This document shows positions 57,899 through 64,000 of a DNA stretch of 64,000 nucleotides, one piece after another (the stretch's first letter is position 1; each line of letters opens with the position of its first letter). This DNA is from an uncultured Pseudomonadales bacterium (GTDB lineage: Bacteria; Patescibacteriota; Microgenomatia; UBA1400; PJMF01): positions 20,327-84,326 of the forward strand of contig CAZWWE010000001.1 of the NCBI GenBank assembly GCA_964637295.1, in the 5' to 3' direction. A program made the position numbers and the translations under genes. The notes beneath the pieces are model-generated. The model was not told the origin of the DNA and did no database searches. It worked only from the letters and a program-made list of their open reading frames with translations.

Positions 57899-58237
57899 TT
57901 ATTTTTTCTTCTGAGCCTTAGCTACTTTTTCAGTTTTAATGATTTGACCAGTTTTTTTAAAAATTCTTTCTTTTTGACCAGCAGCAGTAGCTCGATAGGC
58001 AATGCGATCTGCTTGATCCTTGTCATTCAAAATCGCTACTTTCGCCACAGACATCGGTCTTTCTCTTCTCACTTTTTCGCCTTTGCGATCCATAAAGGGC
58101 TTAACATGTTTGAAATACATGTTGACATCTTTGACTAAAACTTGATCTAGAGCAGGATAAACTGCGATTATTTCGCTTTTTTTACCCTTATCTTTACCGG
58201 CAGTCACCAAGACTTTGTCGCCAATTTTTAATTTCAT
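57899..58237 (-). CDS. rplX: 50S ribosomal protein L24
   Basis: [19 protein letters not shown] (KOW motif). Confidence 0.85.
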   Translation of the reverse strand: MKLKIGDKVLVTAGKDKGKKSEIIAVYPALDQVLVKDVNMYFKHVKPFMDRKGEKVRRERPMSVAKVAILNDKDQADRIAYRATAAGQKERIFKKTGQIIKTEKVAKAQKKK

Positions 58238-58608
58238 AAAACCTCCGGTGCTAAACTTGCAATTTTATTATATCCTTGATCTTTAACTTCACGAGCAATC
58301 GGTCCAAACACACGTGTGCCGACTGGTTCTTTGTTATTTCTGGCTTGCACAATTACAGCGGCGTTTTCATCAAAACGAATATATTCGCCACTAGTTCTTT
58401 TTTGTTCTTTGCTGGTGCGCACAATCACTGCTCGAACTTTTTCACCCTTTTTCAAAGTCCCATTGGTGTCGGCAGCAATCACTGATGCGATGACCATATC
58501 GCCTACGCCGCCAAATTTTCTTCTAGAACCACCATAAACCTGAATGACTCTGATTTTTTTGGCGCCGCTATTGTCAGCAACATTAAGAACTGATTTAAGT
58601 TGTATCAT
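58234..58608 (-). CDS. rplN: 50S ribosomal protein L14
   Basis: [18 protein letters not shown]. Confidence 0.9.
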   Translation of the reverse strand: MIQLKSVLNVADNSGAKKIRVIQVYGGSRRKFGGVGDMVIASVIAADTNGTLKKGEKVRAVIVRTSKEQKRTSGEYIRFDENAAVIVQARNNKEPVGTRVFGPIAREVKDQGYNKIASLAPEVL

Positions 58609-58610
58609 GA

Positions 58611-58850
58611 TTATTTTCCAATTTTCTTAGTTACTTTAAATCTTTTAGATTTGCTAAGTGGACGAGTTTCTTCGATTTCCACCATATCTGCTAAAACAAG
58701 TGGCATATTTTTTTGATCGTAGGCACAAGCATATTTTTTACTACGTCTCACCAATTTTTGGTAAAGAGGATGAGCAAATTTGCGTTCCACGCGCACAATC
58801 GCAGTGTCTTGCATTTTCAAAGAAGTAACTTTACCCTGTAACTTTTTCAT
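58611..58850 (-). CDS. rpsQ: 30S ribosomal protein S17
   Basis: ...[20 protein letters not shown]... Confidence 0.85.
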   Translation of the reverse strand: MKKLQGKVTSLKMQDTAIVRVERKFAHPLYQKLVRRSKKYACAYDQKNMPLVLADMVEIEETRPLSKSKRFKVTKKIGK

Positions 58851-58851
58851 A

Positions 58852-59058
58852 TTATTTATTCTGTAATTTCTTTTCTGTCAGAATGGTTTTAATTCTGGCA
58901 ATATGATCACTTAAGTTTTTCAATTTAGCGACACTACTTAATTTTCCAACTTTTTTTTGCAAACGCATGTTGGCTAAATCGTGATTTAAGCCGACTAGAC
59001 TTTTTTCTAATTCCGCCACAGTTTGTTGATGTAGTGCTTGCAAATCATTTTTTTTCAT
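58852..59058 (-). CDS. rpmC: 50S ribosomal protein L29
   Basis: 68 aa, helical. Position between rplP and rpsQ. Confidence 0.8.
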   Translation of the reverse strand: MKKNDLQALHQQTVAELEKSLVGLNHDLANMRLQKKVGKLSSVAKLKNLSDHIARIKTILTEKKLQNK

Positions 59059-59466
59059 TTAATTTTTCTTTACAAATTCGGTTTTAACTGCTAATTTAGC
59101 GGCTGCTTTTTGCAAAGCGGCTTTGGCCATTTCCTCACTTACACCGCCAATTTCAAACAAAATGAAACCAGGCTTAACTAAAGCAACATATTGTTCAATC
59201 GCCCCTTTGCCTGAACCCATTTTGACACCCAACGGCTTTTGAGTTAAAGGCTTGTGAGGGAAAATTTTAATCCAGTATTTGCCCTCTCTTTTAGTGGCAT
59301 AAGTAATTTTTTTACGCGCTGCCTCAATCTGACGAGCAGAAATTTCTCCCAAACCTAAAGCTCGTAAACCATATTCGCCAAAGACAATCTCACAGCCTTT
59401 TAAGGCTTTACCTCTGTTCTTCCCTCGAAAGGTCTTGCGGTATTTTACTTTTTTCGGTTGTAACAT
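59059..59466 (-). CDS. rplP: 50S ribosomal protein L16
   Basis: [19 protein letters not shown]. Confidence 0.9.
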   Translation of the reverse strand: MLQPKKVKYRKTFRGKNRGKALKGCEIVFGEYGLRALGLGEISARQIEAARKKITYATKREGKYWIKIFPHKPLTQKPLGVKMGSGKGAIEQYVALVKPGFILFEIGGVSEEMAKAALQKAAAKLAVKTEFVKKN

Positions 59467-59468
59467 GG

Positions 59469-60119
59469 CTAAATAATTTCACCTTTATAAATCCATACTT
59501 TTATGCCCACAAAGCCAGATCTCGTTTTGGCTGGAGCTTCATAATAATCAATATTGGCTCTTAAGGTCTGAGTAGGAATACTACCTTGAAAATATTTCTC
59601 GCTACGAGCAATTTCTGCACCAGCTATTCTACCAGAAAGTTGAATTTTTACACCTTTAGCGCCTGCGGCCATGACTCTTTCCATCGCTTGACTGACTGCG
59701 CGACGATGTGGGAATCTAGCTAGTAGTTGTGAAACAATTTTTTCCACCACTAGCTTAGCACTTAAATCTGGTTTTTTAACTTCTTCAACTTTTAATTCAA
59801 TTCTAGCCTTATCTTTTTTATCTTTGGCTACGTTGACCACTCTTTCCACTCCTTGTTTTACTTTATCTAAATTGGCTCCTCCTTTGCCAATTACCACACC
59901 TGGTCTGGCTACTGATAAAATTAACAACAGTTTATTGATGGATCTCTTAATCTCGACATCAACTAAACCAGCATTGGCCAAACTTTTTTCTAAGTATTGA
60001 CGCAAGCGAAAATCTTCTAAAACTTTATTGGCGTAATCTGCTTTGGACGCAAACCAAAGAGATTTCCAATTAAAAATCCCGCCTGTTCTAAAATTGATTG
60101 GATTAACTTTTTGTCCCAT
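59469..60119 (-). CDS. rpsC: 30S ribosomal protein S3
   Basis: [11 protein letters not shown]... KH domain plus S3 C-domain. Confidence 0.9.
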   Translation of the reverse strand: MGQKVNPINFRTGGIFNWKSLWFASKADYANKVLEDFRLRQYLEKSLANAGLVDVEIKRSINKLLLILSVARPGVVIGKGGANLDKVKQGVERVVNVAKDKKDKARIELKVEEVKKPDLSAKLVVEKIVSQLLARFPHRRAVSQAMERVMAAGAKGVKIQLSGRIAGAEIARSEKYFQGSIPTQTLRANIDYYEAPAKTRSGFVGIKVWIYKGEII

Positions 60120-60123
60120 ATCT

Positions 60124-60672
60124 TTACTTAGATCCCTTTTTTTGACTTTGTATTAATTTATTAGCTTGCCCTTTACCTGCGCTCTGCAGTTTAACGGCTT
60201 GGCTTTTACTGCGATCTAACTTAATTGCTTCTTGAGCTTTTTTGGCAGTTTCTTTTTTAATTTCAACTTTGGCTTCATTTTTGACTGAAGCTTTTTGGAC
60301 AACTTCAGTTTTTTTAGCAAGCTCAGAGGTCTTGATTTCTTTTTTGGTTCTCAAATCAACTCTGACGTGACAAGTCCTCTTTAAAATAGTGTGAGCTCGA
60401 CCACGACTGACAGCGCGCCATCTTTTCAGTGCTGGACCATCATTCACCCAAATTTTATCAATTTCTAAATCAGTTACAGCTAAACCAAAGTTATTGGTGG
60501 CATTAGCAGTAGCTTGACGTAAAACCTTCAATACTAAAAGACTAGATTTACGATTGATGGTAGCTAAATGTTTAATCGCATCAACGATGCTCATTTTTTT
60601 AATCACATCAGCTACTAAACGTACTTTACGTGCTGGCTGTCTGGTGTTTTTTTGCTCTGCTTTAATTATCAT
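60124..60672 (-). CDS. rplV: 50S ribosomal protein L22 with Lys-rich C-terminal extension
   Basis: L22 core, then ~70 aa of K/E/A-rich tail. Confidence 0.8.
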   Translation of the reverse strand: MIIKAEQKNTRQPARKVRLVADVIKKMSIVDAIKHLATINRKSSLLVLKVLRQATANATNNFGLAVTDLEIDKIWVNDGPALKRWRAVSRGRAHTILKRTCHVRVDLRTKKEIKTSELAKKTEVVQKASVKNEAKVEIKKETAKKAQEAIKLDRSKSQAVKLQSAGKGQANKLIQSQKKGSK

Positions 60673-60693
60673 GTTAATTTTTCCAAAAAAAGT

Positions 60694-60978
60694 TTAAGTT
60701 TTAGTCAACAATCTCTTCACAATTTTGCCATGACCTCTAAAGGTTCTAGTAGGCGCAAATTCTCCTAAATTATGACCGACCATCATTTCAGAGACAAACA
60801 CTTCCACAAAGTTTTTGCCTTGATGAACCATAAAAGTATGGCCAACAAATTCTGGAGCAATCACGCAAGCGCGACTCCAAGTTTTGATTGCTTTATTCTC
60901 CCCACTGGCTTTCTGTGCCATCACTTTTTTTAGAAGTTTTGGGTCGATGTATGGTCCTTTTTTACTTGATCTAGACAT
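60694..60978 (-). CDS. rpsS: 30S ribosomal protein S19
   Basis: [19 protein letters not shown]...[15 protein letters not shown]. Confidence 0.9.
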   Translation of the reverse strand: MSRSSKKGPYIDPKLLKKVMAQKASGENKAIKTWSRACVIAPEFVGHTFMVHQGKNFVEVFVSEMMVGHNLGEFAPTRTFRGHGKIVKRLLTKT

Positions 60979-60997
60979 ATTGTAACATTACCTTTTA

Positions 60998-61834
60998 TTA
61001 GTTTTTAGCTCGACGATCTCTAACTAAAAAACGATTAGATTTTTTAACACTTCTAGTTTTTCTTCCTGGTGCCACATTTTGACCCCATGGAGATTTGGCG
61101 TGTTTCAAACCTACGCCGCTACGGCCTTCACCACCGCCATGTGGATGACTATCAGGATGTTGAGCAGTACCTCTAACGGTGGGCCTAATACCCATCATTC
61201 TCTTGCGGCCAGCTTTACCTAACTTAATGTTTTTCCACTCTTGATTACCCACCCGACCAATGGTCGCTAAACATTCTAAATTTACCAAACGCTGTTCCTT
61301 AGAAGGTAGAGCAATAATAGCGTATTTCGCTTCTTTGGATTGAATAATCGCTCCAAGACCAGCTCCTCTAACAATTTGAGCTCCTTTGCCATGGCGCAGT
61401 TCAATATTATGAATTTCTACACCAATAGGAATGTTTTTAAGTTGCATGCAGTTGCCAACTTTAATATCAGTTTTTTCTTCCGCAATGATTTCAGCTCCAA
61501 TCTCTAAACCTTCTGGTGCTAAAATATATCTTTTTTCACCATCTCTGTAAAAAAGCAGAGCCACATTGGCGCTGCGCATTGGATCGTATTCAATTCTTTT
61601 GACAATCGCGGGCACACCAATTTTGTCACGACGAAAGTCAATCACTCTCATTTTCTTTTTGACTCCACCACCACGATGTCTCATCGAAATATGACCACTA
61701 GCATCTTTGCCTTGTCGTTTCTTATGACCTTTGGCTAATAGTGATTTTTCAGGCTTACCCTTGTGCAATTGTGCACGATCGAGATCTAAGCGATGTCTTT
61801 TGGCGGGGGTAGTGCCCTTCATCTTTTTTAACAT
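60998..61834 (-). CDS. rplB: 50S ribosomal protein L2
   Basis: ...GRNNRGVITMRHRGGGHKK-like core (ISMRHRGGGVKK). C-terminal ...HPHGGGEGR. Confidence 0.9.
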   Translation of the reverse strand: MLKKMKGTTPAKRHRLDLDRAQLHKGKPEKSLLAKGHKKRQGKDASGHISMRHRGGGVKKKMRVIDFRRDKIGVPAIVKRIEYDPMRSANVALLFYRDGEKRYILAPEGLEIGAEIIAEEKTDIKVGNCMQLKNIPIGVEIHNIELRHGKGAQIVRGAGLGAIIQSKEAKYAIIALPSKEQRLVNLECLATIGRVGNQEWKNIKLGKAGRKRMMGIRPTVRGTAQHPDSHPHGGGEGRSGVGLKHAKSPWGQNVAPGRKTRSVKKSNRFLVRDRRAKN

Positions 61835-62133
61835 TAGCTTTCTCCTCCTACATCAAATAGATCGATATGATTATCAGCAGCCAAAGTCACGTAAGCTTTC
61901 TTGGTCTTTGGACTAAGGGTGTTGATTCTTTTTTTACCAGTTTTCTTTTTAACTCGATGTCTAACCACAGTGTTGACTGACAAAACTTTGACGCCAAAAA
62001 CAGTGGCAACTGCCTCTTTAATTTGACCTTTGTGAGCACTCATTTCGACTTCAAAAGTATAGACGTGCTCTTTTTTAGCTAAGCTAAGAGATCTTTCAGT
62101 CACAACTGGTTTTTTGATTAGATAAGCATTCAT
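61834..62133 (-). CDS. rplW: 50S ribosomal protein L23
   Basis: 99 aa. Position between rplD and rplB. Confidence 0.8.
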   Translation of the reverse strand: MNAYLIKKPVVTERSLSLAKKEHVYTFEVEMSAHKGQIKEAVATVFGVKVLSVNTVVRHRVKKKTGKKRINTLSPKTKKAYVTLAADNHIDLFDVGGES

Positions 62134-62135
62134 GA

Positions 62136-62780
62136 TTATTTCTTAAGAGTTGTTTTTTTAACTTTTAATAATCTTTCTTCTAAAATTTTTAAAGCGGCTA
62201 AATCAATCACAATTTTATCAGCCATAGCCACATGTAAGGCATTAATACGATCAGCAGTCATCACTAAAACGTTTTCCATATTGCGTAATGATCGTAAAAC
62301 TAGCTCAGAATTTTTTGCTAAAACAACCAAAACCTTTTCATTTTTTGTACTTGCTGCTGACAAAAGCTTGGTCGCTTCGGCAGTTTTTCCTTTCAAAGAA
62401 GCAATATCTTTACTTAAAAAAAGATTACTTTTTTGAGCACTAAAAGCTAATTTAAGAGCCAAAAGCTTGCTTTTGACAGTTAAGGTTTTGACCCAATTTT
62501 CAATCCCTCTTGGACCATGAGAAACACCGCCACCCACAAAAATATTGGGGGTACGAGCACCATGACGAGCATTGCCAGTTCCTTTTTGTTTGTACCATTT
62601 TTTCTTAGTACGATTAATCTCAGATCTAGTTTTAGTGTGACTAGTGCCCTGTCTTAAATTACTCAAATAAACTCTAATCGCTTGAGTCAACAAAAGTTTA
62701 GAAGTAGCACTAGCAAACAAAGCATCGCTTACTCTGACTTTTTCATTTTTGCTGGTAGAGTCAATGACGGTTAATTGCAT
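62136..62780 (-). CDS. rplD: 50S ribosomal protein L4
   Basis: 214 aa. ...QKGTGNARHGARTPNIFVGGGVSHGP... Confidence 0.85.
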   Translation of the reverse strand: MQLTVIDSTSKNEKVRVSDALFASATSKLLLTQAIRVYLSNLRQGTSHTKTRSEINRTKKKWYKQKGTGNARHGARTPNIFVGGGVSHGPRGIENWVKTLTVKSKLLALKLAFSAQKSNLFLSKDIASLKGKTAEATKLLSAASTKNEKVLVVLAKNSELVLRSLRNMENVLVMTADRINALHVAMADKIVIDLAALKILEERLLKVKKTTLKK

Positions 62781-63526
62781 TATGACTTACTTTCTTCTTT
62801 GACCGATTCGGTTGCTGCTTGATTCTCAACACTCTCAATGTTTTCAGTTAAACCTAAGTTTTTTAAATTTAATTTGATATTTTTACTGTTGCCAGTTTTA
62901 CTAATTGCTACAGTAGCACTGCGATAACCTGGCACTGGACCATTGACCCACAATTCATTGTTTTTTTGATCAAGATAAACGATCACTAAACCAGATACGG
63001 TCTTAGTTTCACAACCATAATGGCCAGGCATTCTTTTGCCTTTCCAAATACGACCTGGTGTAGTACCAGAACCAATAGAACCCACTGCACGAGCTCGATC
63101 TGATTGACCATGAGTTTTGGGGCCACCATGAAAACCATGACGTTTCATGGCACCAGCGAAACCTCGACCTTTGGTTGAACCCTGAATTTCAACGATGTCA
63201 CCTACTTGAAAAATCTCACTAAGTGATAAGGTTTGACCAACTTGCACTTGCTCAGTGCTTTCTTCAGCAGCTAATTTAACCCCTCGAACTTGCTTCAAAC
63301 CAAAAGAAAAACCACTTTTCTCAATTTTTGATCTAAGTGGTTTATCGACATTCTTTAATTTTTTCAGACCGTAGCCAATTTCCAAAGTAATTTGTTTATC
63401 TTGGGTTTCTTTTTTAGACAAAACCACATTGTTATCCACCTTAAGCTTGGTGATTGGCAAACGCTTGCCCTCTTCTGACCAGGCTTGCGACATTTCCATC
63501 TTGGTAGCAAATATTGTTTTTATCAT
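62780..63526 (-). CDS. rplC: 50S ribosomal protein L3 with ~40-aa C-terminal extension
   Basis: ...[37 protein letters not shown]... core. Confidence 0.85.
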   Translation of the reverse strand: [248 protein letters not shown]

Positions 63527-63583
63527 GGTTTTTTATCAAAAAAATAAACTTTGGGTTCACCCAATTCCTTCTGCCTTCATGAA

Positions 63584-63904
63584 CTACATTTTGATTTGAA
63601 TATCCACACCAGCAGGTAGTTCCAAGTGCATTAGAGAGTCGATGGTTTTATTGGTTGGATCGATAATATCAATCAAACGTTTGTGCGTACGAATCTCGTA
63701 ATGCTCTTGAGCATTTTTGTCAGTATGAGGTGAAATCAAAACCGTAAAAGATTTTTTATGAGTTGGCAATGGCACTGGACCAATAATCTTGGCGCCTGTA
63801 GACAGAGCTGTTTGTAAGATCTTACGAGAAGCCTCGTCGATGACGCGGTGATCGTAAGATTTAAGTCTCACTCTAATCTTGTATGAGTTTTGATTTTTAG
63901 TCAT
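63584..63904 (-). CDS. rpsJ: 30S ribosomal protein S10
   Basis: ...[22 protein letters not shown]...[12 protein letters not shown]... Confidence 0.9.
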   Translation of the reverse strand: MTKNQNSYKIRVRLKSYDHRVIDEASRKILQTALSTGAKIIGPVPLPTHKKSFTVLISPHTDKNAQEHYEIRTHKRLIDIIDPTNKTIDSLMHLELPAGVDIQIKM

Positions 63905-63960
63905 ACTATTTTTAATTTATTGCTTTCTTTAGCTTGTGATCTCTTAAATCACAAAACGCG

Positions 63961-63990
63961 ATTATATCCAATTCCCGCCTGCTTGTACAG
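63961..63990 (-). promoter_or_regulatory. candidate sigma-70-type promoter of the ribosomal protein operon
   Basis: On the minus strand, cTGTACA-N17-TATAAT about 60 nt upstream of rpsJ. Confidence 0.35.
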
Positions 63991-64000
63991 AGGAAATTTT

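Noticed and set aside
1-64000. CRISPR arrays, cas genes other than the lone Cas4-like nuclease, reverse transcriptases, integrases/transposases.
   Set aside because: No regularly spaced short direct repeats were seen. No RT (YxDD) or tyrosine/serine recombinase-like ORF was seen in any frame.

Overview
This window is low-GC, compact bacterial DNA. My inference is that it comes from a CPR/Patescibacteria-like organism. The ribosomal block shows no rpmD (L30) between rpsE and rplO. There are several GT-C glycosyltransferases and many N-terminally membrane-anchored proteins. Several ribosomal proteins carry Lys/Ala-rich tails. Taxonomy cannot be proven from this window alone.

Layout:
- 0.2-3.6 kb: FtsE-FtsX plus a coiled-coil/M23 (EnvC-like) division-hydrolase module.
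- 4-6.8 kb: a stand-alone Cas4-like PD-(D/E)XK nuclease and a large unknown membrane protein.
- 6.9-21.6 kb: a tRNA-Ser(GCU)-anchored accessory array. Its cassettes are separated by a recurring ~100-nt repeat (A), preceded each time by a tRNA-3'-end-like element (repeat B or C). Cassettes in order: flavodoxin/cupin/DUF488; a MarR-MacAB-type tripartite efflux pump; a visibly GC-richer orphan small gene; a frameshifted HEPN/Abi_2-like gene; and an AT-rich glycosylation block (RGP/GT75-like GT, two-domain GT8, O-acyltransferase). The array is closed by a second Ser-type tRNA.
- 21.9-26 kb: a four-gene carotenoid cluster (polyprenyl synthase, CrtYcd-type cyclase, CrtB/M, CrtI/N).
- 26-32.5 kb: housekeeping and stress genes. 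These include Nudix, Hsp20 and metK. metK has a structured, terminator-containing leader that may be a riboswitch. An RRM-RGG RNA-binding protein and a GGDEF protein also lie here.
- 32.5-34.4 kb: tRNA-Ser(GGA) + repeat A + an orphan 488-aa protein + repeat B. This is the same architecture as the first array.
- 34.4-39.5 kb: three GT-C membrane glycosyltransferase paralogs.
- 40.6-46.5 kb: a SUF Fe-S operon (ArsR-SufCBD(short)-SufS-SufU-DUF1858) plus mnmA.
- 46.5-48.1 kb: a lamin-tail-domain protein, a VanZ-like protein and HU.
- 48.1-63.9 kb: the full minus-strand ribosomal protein/SecY/Adk/IF-1/rpoA super-operon, rpsI to rpsJ.

The most novel-looking system is the repeat-delimited, tRNA-Ser-anchored cassette array. 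It has no integrase in view.
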